The notes under the pieces were generated by a model. It worked only from the letters and a program-made list of their open reading frames with translations, ran no database searches and was not told the origin of the DNA. The position numbers and the translations under genes are program-made. Below, piece after piece: positions 1 through 8,591 of a DNA stretch of 64,000 nucleotides (the first letter of the stretch is position 1; every line of letters starts with the position of its first letter). This stretch comes from a virus (taxonomy: Duplodnaviria; Caudoviricetes). Location of the stretch: the IMG/VR virus record IMGVR_UViG_3300045015_000053; one strand, given 5' to 3'.

Positions 1-2
1 AT

Positions 3-578
3 CTCACCTTTCTCAGATGGTGGGTAATCTACATCGCCTGCATGGTCGGGCTGGCGTTCGTGTGGAAAGCTGGTTTGGTCAGCAAGATTGCACAGAAAGA
101 CGACACCTACGTTTCGTTCATCATCATGGCGGTTTTCATGGTGGTGTCCCCGCTGTGCGGTCTGAGTACGCGGGCGGTCTGTCGCGCACAGGACGGCGGC
201 AACTGGGACGAGCAGTTCAAGAAAAAGGCCGAAGGCTGGAACGAGACTGGCTGGTTCTACAGCGAGTTGTGCCTGACGCTAGGCATGCTCGGTACGGTGA
301 TCGGGTTCGTGTTGATGTTGGGCGGCTTCGAGCAGCTTGACATGAACAACGTCGCGAGCATGAACGCCTTCATCACTTCGTTCGGCCACGGCATGTCGAA
401 GGCGTTGTACGCCACTTTGGTCGGCATCGTGTGCAGCATTCTTCTGAAGCTCCAATACTTCAACCTGACCAAAGCCATCGAGAAGAAGGCGAAGACCGAA
501 GAACAGACCAGCTTCTCGTTGCGTATCTCGCCAGAGGCGATGAACAAGCTCGCCGGCAAAAAGGATGGTGCCAAGTGA
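3..578 (+). CDS. MotA/TolQ/ExbB-family proton-channel membrane protein (5' end probably outside the window)
   Basis: Frame is open back to the window edge. Several TM helices, with LGMLGTVIGF and FGHGMSKALYATLVG matching MotA/ExbB TM2/TM3 motifs. Confidence 0.8.
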   Translation, partial: LTFLRWWVIYIACMVGLAFVWKAGLVSKIAQKDDTYVSFIIMAVFMVVSPLCGLSTRAVCRAQDGGNWDEQFKKKAEGWNETGWFYSELCLTLGMLGTVIGFVLMLGGFEQLDMNNVASMNAFITSFGHGMSKALYATLVGIVCSILLKLQYFNLTKAIEKKAKTEEQTSFSLRISPEAMNKLAGKKDGAK

Positions 579-1201
579 GAAGCAAATACGCTACGCACTT
601 CGCGTGGATCGACACGCTGATGAACATCCTGCTGGCCTTCATGGGGCTGTACGCGGTTGCGTTCATCATGACGGCGGTCAACAAGAAGCAGCAAGAGATG
701 CAGGCGTCCGCGCCGATGAAGGGCGTGTTCCTGATCACCGCGACGTGGGAACCGGACCACGACGACGACGTTGACTTGTGGGTCGAAGACCCGGAAGGTC
801 ATACGGTCGGCTACAACCGCCGCGAAGACGGTCTGATGCACCTCGACCGCGACGACCTCGGTTTTAGCAGCGACACTGTTGAGACACAGTTCGGGCCGGT
901 CACCGTCAAGGACAACCGCGAACTCGTGACGATCCGTGGGATAACGCCCGGCGAGTTTACGGTCAACGTCCACATGTACCGCAAGACCGACCCCAAGCCG
1001 ACACACGTTCGTGTCACGCTCGAAAAACTCCAGCCGTACAGCATCGTCACGGCCAAAGAGGTGATCTTGACGGTCGCGGGGGACGAGGTTACTTCGTTCC
1101 GGTTCACGTTGAACTCGAAGGGTGAAGTGACCGAGATCAATCAACTGCAAAAGAAGTTCGCATCCAACGCCGCTCGCGGTCAGCCGCCGGGCCAACCTTA
1201 A
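575..1201 (+). CDS. Single-TM partner of the MotA-like protein (ExbD/MotB-like position) with a soluble DxDLWV domain
   Basis: GTG 575 overlaps the upstream TGA (GTGA). TM segment WIDTLMNILLAFMGL carries a membrane Asp, followed by DDDVDLWVEDP. Confidence 0.65.
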   Translation: MRSKYATHFAWIDTLMNILLAFMGLYAVAFIMTAVNKKQQEMQASAPMKGVFLITATWEPDHDDDVDLWVEDPEGHTVGYNRREDGLMHLDRDDLGFSSDTVETQFGPVTVKDNRELVTIRGITPGEFTVNVHMYRKTDPKPTHVRVTLEKLQPYSIVTAKEVILTVAGDEVTSFRFTLNSKGEVTEINQLQKKFASNAARGQPPGQP

Positions 1202-1212
1202 CGGAGGTCGTC

Positions 1213-1869
1213 GTGGACAACAACGCTATCGGCATCCCTCTGGCGTTTTTCGCCATGATGGTCGTGCTGTGCTGGTGGGTCGTCGCCGCCAAAGGCTATT
1301 GGCTGATGAAGGTCTTGCTGGTCGCGTCCGCGCTGCTGGTGAGTCTGCTTCTGTGGAAGTCGGTCAGCAGTTTGGGCGGATGGGCGACCAACGAGAAACT
1401 CCCTGAGAAGTTCTTGGTTCACTGGGTCGTGATCCAAGAACCAGATCCGGGCGGCAAACACCCCGGTTACATCATGATCTGGGCCACCGAGCTTTCCGAC
1501 GACACGACCGTCAAGAAAGACGAGAGCAGGTTCAAGATCACCGCCGATCACCCCGGCGAACCTCGCGTCTACAAACTGCCCTACAGCCGGCCACTACACG
1601 ACCAGATGAACAAGGTTCAGGGTCGTCTCAAACAGGGCAAGCCGGTCGTCGGGAAACGCAGAGGCGTGGAAGACGGAGAAGATGGTGACGGCGACGGGGA
1701 TGAAGATGGGGACGGTGACGGGGATGGCAAGGGCGGTAAGGGCAAGGGTAAAGGAAAAGGCAAGGGCAAGGGCGGTACTGGTTCGGGCGGCGGGTTCTCG
1801 AAGCCCACCGAGTTCATGTTCTATGATCAGCCGCCGCCGAAGATGCCTGAGAAGATTCCGGGCAAGTGA
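1213..1869 (+). CDS. Two-TM membrane protein with (DG)n/(GK)n low-complexity tail
   Basis: RBS GGAGG before GTG, two hydrophobic helices, Asp-Gly and Gly-Lys runs. Confidence 0.75.
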   Translation: MDNNAIGIPLAFFAMMVVLCWWVVAAKGYWLMKVLLVASALLVSLLLWKSVSSLGGWATNEKLPEKFLVHWVVIQEPDPGGKHPGYIMIWATELSDDTTVKKDESRFKITADHPGEPRVYKLPYSRPLHDQMNKVQGRLKQGKPVVGKRRGVEDGEDGDGDGDEDGDGDGDGKGGKGKGKGKGKGKGGTGSGGGFSKPTEFMFYDQPPPKMPEKIPGK

Positions 1870-1905
1870 AACAAAAACGCCGACCACATGGTCGGCGTTT
1901 TTGTT
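1870..1905. terminator. Intrinsic terminator (17-bp perfect inverted repeat)
   Basis: AACAAAAACGCCGACCA-CA-TGGTCGGCGTTTTTGTT directly after the stop codon. Confidence 0.8.
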
Positions 1906-1908
1906 GCC

Positions 1909-1914
1909 TATATA
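1909..1914 (+). promoter_or_regulatory. Candidate late promoter TATATA
   Basis: Lies 4 nt before ATG 1919. Similar TA(T/A/C)ATA boxes precede other M-x-F leader genes. Confidence 0.5.
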
Positions 1915-1918
1915 CGGT

Positions 1919-2644
1919 ATGAACTTTAGAGTATGGCTTGAGTCGCAATTGCCGTCGCCTTTGGACTCCTTCAGGAGCAAGGACGAGTTTATTGCGTTTT
2001 TGAAGAAGTCTTCGGCGGCGGATCGTCAGGGCATTCTGGATTGGGCCGAGAAGATCAATGCCGCCAACTACGCGAAGAAGGTGGGGACCAACAATCCCGC
2101 AGTCCTCTACCACGGCTCGCCTCAAGATAAGATCGCCAAAGACGGGTTCCAGATCACGATGGGCCAAAGAAGTTCCGGGTTCATGGGCGCGACGTACTCG
2201 GTCCAGAACCAGGGCATCTTCATGACGGACTCGAAGGAGATGGCGAACTACTTCGGGAGCAATCGGAGCGACGGCGGCAGGAACTTCCGCGTCTACACGG
2301 CCTATGCCAACCTAGATCACCTGTTTGATGTGACGCTCGGCATGCCGCTTCAGTACCGCAAACTCGGCCTCAAGCTCATCAACGACTACTACGGCAAGAA
2401 GAAGACGAAGTTGGCCGAGTCGGACATCTGGTGGTTATTGGACCGGCCGGATTTTGTGAACCTGATCAAGCAGGGCGGTTACAACGCCGTCAAGTTCAAA
2501 GAAGACTACTCGATCAGGAAACAGAGCAGCAAGGCGGCGTTCAGCTATCTTGTTTTCGACACAGCACATCTGGTGGTCAAGAGTCCCCAAAACGATTTGC
2601 TCAACAGCGTGGACTCCATTTGGGAGTACATCTCCGGTCATTAG
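1919..2644 (+). CDS. ADP-ribosyltransferase-fold protein (ART-PolyVal-like), possibly virion-packaged
   Basis: MNFRVWLE leader; motifs VLYHGS, GIFMTDS..MANYFG, GYNAV, YLVFD. Start 1919 preferred over the track start 1682. Confidence 0.6.
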   Translation: MNFRVWLESQLPSPLDSFRSKDEFIAFLKKSSAADRQGILDWAEKINAANYAKKVGTNNPAVLYHGSPQDKIAKDGFQITMGQRSSGFMGATYSVQNQGIFMTDSKEMANYFGSNRSDGGRNFRVYTAYANLDHLFDVTLGMPLQYRKLGLKLINDYYGKKKTKLAESDIWWLLDRPDFVNLIKQGGYNAVKFKEDYSIRKQSSKAAFSYLVFDTAHLVVKSPQNDLLNSVDSIWEYISGH

Positions 2645-3096
2645 TTGGGGATCTTGCTCGCGCAAACCGACTTCTCAGTAGCCTTCCCTGCGAGGTGAGG
2701 GTCAACGGCTCTGGGCTTTTTGACCAGACAGTCTTTGGTCGGCTTGCCCGGAAGTGGTGAATCTTGTGGCTTCCGTACATCGCCCGGCGGCATCTTGTAG
2801 TGCGGCATTTTTGCCGGGCTTCCTTTTGCATGAGGCACGACCCATCCGGGCATGCCGTGTCCCTTCGGCTCTTGTACGTCACCGGACAGGTGATCGATGT
2901 TGAACGGCTTGCCTTCCCAGTACGCCGAGTATCTGTCGTCAATGCTGAGGTAGTACAAGGTGTCGGCCGCTGACGGCATCAGGTAAGCGGGAGGGTAGTT
3001 GCCGATGCCGTCGTATCCGAGCGGGTACAGGCCGGTTTTGGTTCCCGCGCGGCTGTTCTCGTTAACCAAGTCCAGAAATTGGTCAAAGTTCATCAT
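2641..3096 (-). CDS. Hypothetical late protein
   Basis: MMNFDQFLDLVNE leader; TAAATA box at 3103-3108 on the minus strand. Confidence 0.7.
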   Translation of the reverse strand: MMNFDQFLDLVNENSRAGTKTGLYPLGYDGIGNYPPAYLMPSAADTLYYLSIDDRYSAYWEGKPFNIDHLSGDVQEPKGHGMPGWVVPHAKGSPAKMPHYKMPPGDVRKPQDSPLPGKPTKDCLVKKPRAVDPHLAGKATEKSVCASKIPN

Positions 3097-3179
3097 CGCT
3101 CTTATTTAGCCAGTTGACTGCGAAGAAAACGTGGATCGAAACGGGACTTCATGTTACAATAAGTCTCAAGGAGGCACCG

Positions 3180-3671
3180 ATGAAATACTACACCCCCGAA
3201 ATGGTCAACCGCTGGAACGGCGACAAGCTCGGTCTGAGACAGGCCGAGTTCGACGCCGAATGGGACAAGGCTCAGACCGAGTACGAGGAGCATTTCGCCA
3301 AGCTCAAGGATCTTCCGCTTTCCGTACAAAAACTGCACGACGGCGCGGTCCTTTATGGCGAGCGGCTGATCTCCCTTCCGAAGCCCGAAGGGTATCAACG
3401 CGGCGAAGACTTCGTGATCGTAACTGGCGACGAACGCGATGGTGTAAACCACATTTTGGTCTATACTGTCGAAAAGCCGCCGGTCGTGAGGGTTCACGAG
3501 GGGGTCGGGTTCGACCCCGCAACCACGCCCGGCGTCTGGCTTTACGACGAGTTCGGTGTCGATGCGGACGGTGCGTTCACGCACAATACGATCTTCACCA
3601 ACGGCATCGAAGTGGAAGTGACGTTCAAGTCGATGCACTGGATCGAGGCGGTCACACAGGAATCCGGGTGA
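3180..3671 (+). CDS. Hypothetical protein
   Basis: RBS AAGGAGG before ATG 3180; coupled to the next gene by TGATG. Confidence 0.7.
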   Translation: MKYYTPEMVNRWNGDKLGLRQAEFDAEWDKAQTEYEEHFAKLKDLPLSVQKLHDGAVLYGERLISLPKPEGYQRGEDFVIVTGDERDGVNHILVYTVEKPPVVRVHEGVGFDPATTPGVWLYDEFGVDADGAFTHNTIFTNGIEVEVTFKSMHWIEAVTQESG

Positions 3672-4036
3672 TGGAAACGAAACAGGTAATTCTGATTCGC
3701 CGCGACCTGAAAATGCGTCGGGGCAAAGAAATCGCGCAGGGGGGCCACGCTGCGTCGTCCTTCCTCGCCGAGATCGTCAGAACGGGCCGAGAGGTCACGC
3801 TCGCGGAACGGGCGTGGCTCGACGGGCTTTACAAGAAAGTCTGCTTGGTGGTCGAATCCGAAGCGGAACTCCGCGAACTACATGAGAAGGCACAGGCGGC
3901 GGGCCTGACCTCCCACATGATTTTGGATTCGGGTCTGACGGAGTTCGGCGGCGTGCCTACACCGACATCGTGCGCCATCGGGCCAGCCGAGGAAAGTGCG
4001 GTGAACGCGATCACCGGCCACCTGAAGCTTTACTGA
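3671..4036 (+). CDS. pth2: Peptidyl-tRNA hydrolase, Pth2 type
   Basis: KQVILIRRDLKMRRGKEIAQGGHA, KKVCLVV, DSGLTE and TSCAIGP are Pth2 family motifs. Confidence 0.92.
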   Translation: METKQVILIRRDLKMRRGKEIAQGGHAASSFLAEIVRTGREVTLAERAWLDGLYKKVCLVVESEAELRELHEKAQAAGLTSHMILDSGLTEFGGVPTPTSCAIGPAEESAVNAITGHLKLY

Positions 4037-4048
4037 CGTGGGGTGAAG

Positions 4049-4438
4049 ATGCGTTCAGACGTTTTGGCAAAAAGTTGGGCATTGACGGTGTCCAACTTGT
4101 CTGTGGCCGCAACGGTTTTGTTGAGCATGGTGTTGACGGCGTCTGCTTGGGGTCTGATCGGGTTGATCGTGATCCCCGTAAATCTGCTGGTTTGGCAGTA
4201 CACGAGACGCGGCCTCATGCTCGTCGGGTGCGAGGACCACGAGATCGAAGTGTTGTTCCAAACCATAGGAGAGGAATCAGGTGGAGACGGCCTTGATTGT
4301 GGCGACCGTCGTTCTCGCCATAGGGCTTGTGGCGGCGTTCGCCCTCCAGAGACAACAAAACAAATCGCTGACCCTGAAGTTAGCGAAAATGCAAGCCGCA
4401 TTGACGACCCAAGATACGCTAACTGCTTCAAAGCTTGA
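4049..4438 (+). CDS. Putative membrane protein (3' end uncertain, overlaps next gene)
   Basis: First ~55 aa are hydrophobic; the C-terminal part runs 158 nt into the next ORF. Confidence 0.4.
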   Translation: MRSDVLAKSWALTVSNLSVAATVLLSMVLTASAWGLIGLIVIPVNLLVWQYTRRGLMLVGCEDHEIEVLFQTIGEESGGDGLDCGDRRSRHRACGGVRPPETTKQIADPEVSENASRIDDPRYANCFKA

Positions 4439-4907
4439 CGCGATCACCGTGGAGGTCGAGGAACGGCTGATCGACCACAAGAAATACTGTGCGGGCGTTG
4501 AAGAGGCGTTGAAGTCTCTGTTGACGCAAGAAGAATCGAAATGGCGCGAACTTATCGAGCGGCTGAAGGCTCAGTTCGGTACTGCCATCGAAGAAGCCCG
4601 AAAGGAAACGGGCGAGAAACAGGCCGAAATCATGGCCGACATCCAGAAGGAACTGACGAAGCAGGTGGATAACTTCCGCAGCCTGATGAATCAGGCGTAT
4701 CTCGAACAGTACGAGAAGATGCGGCGTAATCCGCCGAGGCCGGTGAAACGGCCGCGAAGCAAAGTTGCCCCACCGGAGCGGTACAGAAGTCTTGACGACG
4801 ACTTCAACTGCATGCCGACGCCCGAACCCGAACCCGAACCCGCTGCTACTGAAGAGGCTGCCGAGCCGGTGAAGAAGAAGCGGACGACGCGGAAGAGGGC
4901 CAGATGA
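4281..4907 (+). CDS. Membrane-anchored coiled-coil protein
   Basis: RBS GGAGAGG, N-terminal TM helix, helical body, (PE)n tail. Confidence 0.75.
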   Translation: METALIVATVVLAIGLVAAFALQRQQNKSLTLKLAKMQAALTTQDTLTASKLDAITVEVEERLIDHKKYCAGVEEALKSLLTQEESKWRELIERLKAQFGTAIEEARKETGEKQAEIMADIQKELTKQVDNFRSLMNQAYLEQYEKMRRNPPRPVKRPRSKVAPPERYRSLDDDFNCMPTPEPEPEPAATEEAAEPVKKKRTTRKRAR

Positions 4908-4910
4908 GTG

Positions 4911-4943
4911 GGTTTCATGGTGTGGGGCCGTGAAACCTTTTTT
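4911..4943 (+). terminator. Intrinsic terminator
   Basis: GGTTTCATGG/CCGTGAAACC stem followed by a T tract. Confidence 0.65.
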
Positions 4944-4984
4944 GTTGAGGGAAAGGGACCAGAGCTATGCTCTAGGGGGAAATT

Positions 4985-5680
4985 ATGGGTGCTTTAGCTC
5001 AGAAGAAGGTGTTGGTACTGAACAAGCACAGCGTTGCTGTCGGCGTGGTGTCGCTGCAACGCGCCATCATCATGTTGTTCTCATTCGACCCGAAAACCCT
5101 CAAGCCGAAGGCCGAGATCATTGACGAGGGGTGCCAGCCGTGGACCTGGGAGGAGTGGGCGTTGTTGCGCCCGGAGGACAACGAGGACGCAATAAACTCC
5201 TGTCAGGGTCGGTTCAAGATTCCTGAGATCATCAAGCTGTCGAAGTACGACAAGATGCCACAGCATCAGATCCACTTCAGCCGCCGGATGATCCACAAGC
5301 GTGACGGTAGCCAGTGCATGTACTGTCGCGCCCGGCCGGGAACCGAGGAACTGACCATCGACCACATCATTCCACGCTCGAAGGGTGGCTTGACGACGTG
5401 GGAGAACTGTGTCCTCGCCTGCGTGCCGTGCAACAGCAACAAGGCCAACCGGATGCCCGACCGCACGACCGTCGTTGACCACGTCAAGGACGATCACGGC
5501 AAGCTGAAGGAAGTACACGTTCCGGCCTTCACCGTGTACTTCAACGACAAGACCCGGAAGACCATCCGGCAGCCGAAGAAGCCCAACTTCGAGGTCTTCC
5601 GTGGGGAGATCCCATACAAGTCTTGGGCGCAGTGGCTCAACGTGGCCTACTGGAACGTCGAGCTAGAAAACGACAACTAA
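4985..5680 (+). CDS. HNH endonuclease (McrA-like)
   Basis: CMYC..LTIDHIIPRSKGGLTTWENCVLACVPCNSNK. Confidence 0.9.
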   Translation: MGALAQKKVLVLNKHSVAVGVVSLQRAIIMLFSFDPKTLKPKAEIIDEGCQPWTWEEWALLRPEDNEDAINSCQGRFKIPEIIKLSKYDKMPQHQIHFSRRMIHKRDGSQCMYCRARPGTEELTIDHIIPRSKGGLTTWENCVLACVPCNSNKANRMPDRTTVVDHVKDDHGKLKEVHVPAFTVYFNDKTRKTIRQPKKPNFEVFRGEIPYKSWAQWLNVAYWNVELENDN

Positions 5681-5695
5681 GAACAAGGGGAGCAA

Positions 5696-6586
5696 TTAGT
5701 CGTGGTGCTTTTGATTGGCCGCACTCAGGTATCCGTCGTCTCTCTCGGCCCGGCTTCTGAAGCGGTGCTTGGTCAAGAACTTGCCGAACTTGGCGAGCCG
5801 TCCACGCGGGTTCGGGACGTGAGCCTGTCCGAGACTCGGCAGTAGGTGTTCGAGTTCCTTGAAGTCGTGCCATTTTTTACCGTCGAACCCGGCGATCCAA
5901 ACGCTCGTGTCATCTCGAATGACGCCCTTCGCGGCGAGCTTGGCGAGATCCTCAAACTTCACGTCCACCTTACGCCCGAATGCGTTGATGTAAGCCGCGT
6001 TTTTGCCGGCGAATTCCTCGGCACCCAAAGTCGGTGTTGTAGCCGCGACGTACTGGTGCATGTCATCTTGCACGTCTTTGTGTTTGTACGGCAGCCAATC
6101 GTCGTATCCGTACCGCTTTACCATCGTGTCGGGTTTGATCCACCTTTTGGCGACCGCGTCAGCGAACTCTTTAGACCCGACGAATTTGTAGGCGTGTCCG
6201 TCGAGGTAGGCCCACCACACCGTCTTGTCGTTCGCCACGCCCTTGCTGACCCGGCTGAAAGGGAGGTACTTCTTGGCGTCTTTGATCTGGTTCCAGTTTT
6301 GCTCACCTTGTACCCAAATCATGTCTTCGGGATGAACTTGGTTGATCCGGTACAACTGAACGATTTTGATGCCGTCCATTTGCACCGGGTTGACGCCGTC
6401 TTCTCGCGGCTTGTCGGGCCGGTACAACCAGAACATGCCGCGCTGGTCTTTTCGCTTGCCGCGTTCGCCGAGGCCACCCTTGATCGCGCCGTAAGCAGCA
6501 CCGCCCAACGCGGCGGCGGCGAGTGCCGTACCGACGATTTCGTCCAGTTGCCGCTTCTCTTTCCCCCATTTCACGAATGATTCCAT
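5696..6586 (-). CDS. Late protein with three GYF_2-like repeats
   Basis: MESFVKW leader, Ala/Gly-rich segment, repeated I.(P)D(T).VW..G...W units; TATATA at 6621-6626. Confidence 0.65.
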   Translation of the reverse strand: MESFVKWGKEKRQLDEIVGTALAAAALGGAAYGAIKGGLGERGKRKDQRGMFWLYRPDKPREDGVNPVQMDGIKIVQLYRINQVHPEDMIWVQGEQNWNQIKDAKKYLPFSRVSKGVANDKTVWWAYLDGHAYKFVGSKEFADAVAKRWIKPDTMVKRYGYDDWLPYKHKDVQDDMHQYVAATTPTLGAEEFAGKNAAYINAFGRKVDVKFEDLAKLAAKGVIRDDTSVWIAGFDGKKWHDFKELEHLLPSLGQAHVPNPRGRLAKFGKFLTKHRFRSRAERDDGYLSAANQKHHD

Positions 6587-6669
6587 TTTGCCTCTTTGCA
6601 GAACAACACAAGCTCGCTAGTATATAGTCCGAAGGGTCACATTCTGCCCTGTTTCAACCGGAGGCAATC

Positions 6670-7448
6670 ATGTCGAAGAAAAACCAATCAGCGAGGTGGC
6701 TTTGACCCTGTAAAGGGTCAGGAAACCCATTCCCAGGCTGCCTCCTGGCTTTGACCACGCCAACGAAATCATCCTCGAAGTCCTTTATGGCGAGGGTGGT
6801 ACTGACTCGAAACTCTTCGTCACCGATCTCGGCGATCTCTACGTCAAATATGCCGCCCGCAAGGGTCTGGCGTGTGAGCTTTTGACCGAAGACGACGGAC
6901 ACGTCACCTTCAAGATCAAAGGCAAGAAAGCCGCGTGGCACTTCCGTCACGAGGCAGGCAAGCACTGCGTTCAGCGGGTTCCCCCGACCGAGCGTAACGG
7001 CCGGCGTCAAACGAGCTTCGTGAACGTCGCTATCCTGCCGATCCTTCCTGAGTACACGAAAGTGACACTCAGGGACAACGACCTCGAAGAGAAGTTCCAG
7101 ACTGGGCGTCAAAAGGCCGGGGGCCAAAACGCGAACAAAGTCGCTTCCGCCGTGCGACTGAAGCACAAGCCGACCGGCCTCTGCGTGTTCATCAACGGCC
7201 GCGATCAGGGGCAGAACCGCGAGGAAGCTCGCCGCATCCTGACGGCCAAAGTGAACCAGCAGAAGATCGAGAAGGAACGCGCGGCCGAGGTCGGGATGAG
7301 GGAAGACTTCCTGAAGAATCGCGGACGCGGGGACAAGATCAGGACGTACAACTTCATCATCAACGAGGTGACGGACCACCGACTGGATCGTTCTTCCAAG
7401 AACATCAAGGCGGTGATGAAGGGCGATCTGGACGAAGTCATCGGATAA
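6670..7448 (+). CDS. prfA: Class I peptide chain release factor (RF1-like, lacks domain 1), joined by two +1 frameshifts at 6700-6706 and 6749-6755
   Basis: GGQ motif (KAGGQNANK), RF1-type VQRVPPTE loop, IRTYNF. RBS GGAGG plus ATG 6670 reaches the RF frame only via two CTT-TGA-C sites; predicted 258 aa. Confidence 0.85.
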
Positions 7449-7465
7449 TCGAGCCGAACAAGACA

Positions 7466-7503
7466 GAAGGCACGAGTTATAATGACTCGTGTCTTCTTTT
7501 TTT
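7466..7503 (+). terminator. Intrinsic terminator
   Basis: AGAAGGCACGAGTTA/TGACTCGTGTCTTCT stem followed by a T run. Confidence 0.65.
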
Positions 7504-7513
7504 TGAGGTCGAT

Positions 7514-7858
7514 ATGACTACCGAAGAACTACTTGACCAGATTTCGGCGTACCTTCTGACGGAGAACGCCGAACTTCACGAGGAGTGGTCGGAGATGAAG
7601 AACACGGGCGGGAACCCGTGCAAAGTTTGGAATCAAAAACTGGAAGCTATCGGGATCGTGGATCAGGCGTCTTACGAGTGGCACCACGGCGAGTTCGGAT
7701 TGCCGGTGCTGCACGAGATGTTCCACCGCGTGATTAACGCGAACCACCCGCCCCTCGTGGTTGTCGATTTCGATGACGGGAGCAACATGACGCAGACCTA
7801 CGTCTTCGACCGGAAGAAGGCCGAAACTACTTTACAAGGCAAGCGATTTTGCGTATAG
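7514..7858 (+). CDS. Hypothetical protein
   Basis: RBS GAGG, ATG, codon style of neighbouring genes; ends in TAG. Confidence 0.7.
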   Translation: MTTEELLDQISAYLLTENAELHEEWSEMKNTGGNPCKVWNQKLEAIGIVDQASYEWHHGEFGLPVLHEMFHRVINANHPPLVVVDFDDGSNMTQTYVFDRKKAETTLQGKRFCV

Positions 7859-7860
7859 TG
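7831..7860 (+). promoter_or_regulatory. Sigma70-type promoter
   Basis: TTTACA-17 nt-TATAGT. Confidence 0.65.
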
Positions 7861-7880
7861 GCTAAATGGGAGATTGAGTG

Positions 7881-8591
7881 ATGCCTACCAAAACCGAATA
7901 CCAGAAACGCAAACAAAACAATCTCTGTTTACGTTGTGGTAAAACGCCATTGGATTCCAAAAACGTTTGTCAAAAGTGCATAGACAAGGCGATGGCGAAG
8001 TATGCCGCAAAAAAACAAGCAAAAGTTTGTGTAAATTGTAGTCGGCCCGCTCCAAATGGAGCCAGATGTGTCGAGTGCGCAAAGGTCCACAAAAAAGTTG
8101 CAGATCGAAGACGGATTACAAAAAGAAAAACATCAATTTGTTTGATTTGCCCGACTCAAACAAATGGCTCTGCCTATTGTGATTCTTGTTTGGCGAAGAA
8201 TAGGGCCAAGTGTCGCCGGAAGCGAGAATCGGGATTGTGTCGCAATTGTTCCAAAAAGGCTATTCCGGGGAAAGCAAGATGTGAAGAATGCACGCAGACA
8301 AATCGCGAGAGCATTCTCAGACTCAGGGATAAAGTGTTCGCTGCGTATGGAGGGGCAAGATGTAATTGTTGTGGAGAAACGACAGTAGAGTTTTTGGCAT
8401 TAGATCACATAAACAACGATGGTGCCGAACACAGACGAAGTTTGCGTGAGAACAGCGTCTATCGTTGGGTTAGTAAAAACGGGTTCCCTGCCGGTTTTCA
8501 GGTACTGTGCCACAATTGCAATTGGGGCAAACATATTTGTGGTGGAGTCTGCCCACATCAGAGGAAAATTCATGTCGAACATCATCAATGA
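7881..8591 (+). mobile_element. Free-standing HNH (homing-type) endonuclease gene with tandem Zn-ribbons
   Basis: AT-rich island; repeated CxxC..C units; C-terminal CNCCGE..LALDHINNDG..VLCHNCN. Confidence 0.75.

Noticed and set aside
1672-1800. (GAC/GGC) and (GGC-AAG) tandem repeats, and (CCCGAA)3 near 4821
   Set aside because: These are in-frame low-complexity protein linkers, not contingency loci.
6697-6755. The RF frameshifts as homopolymer sequencing errors (TT read as TTT twice)
   Set aside because: Not favoured. The same context GGTGGCTTGAC is read without an extra T, in frame, in the HNH gene at 5383-5393. Both sites also match the prfB CTT-TGA-C motif exactly, and site 1 has an SD-like element. 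Raw reads are still needed.
6670-7448. PrfH or ArfB instead of an RF1-like factor
   Set aside because: It has the full codon-recognition domain with VQRVPPTE and IRTYNF, unlike ArfB (GGQ domain only) or PrfH motifs.
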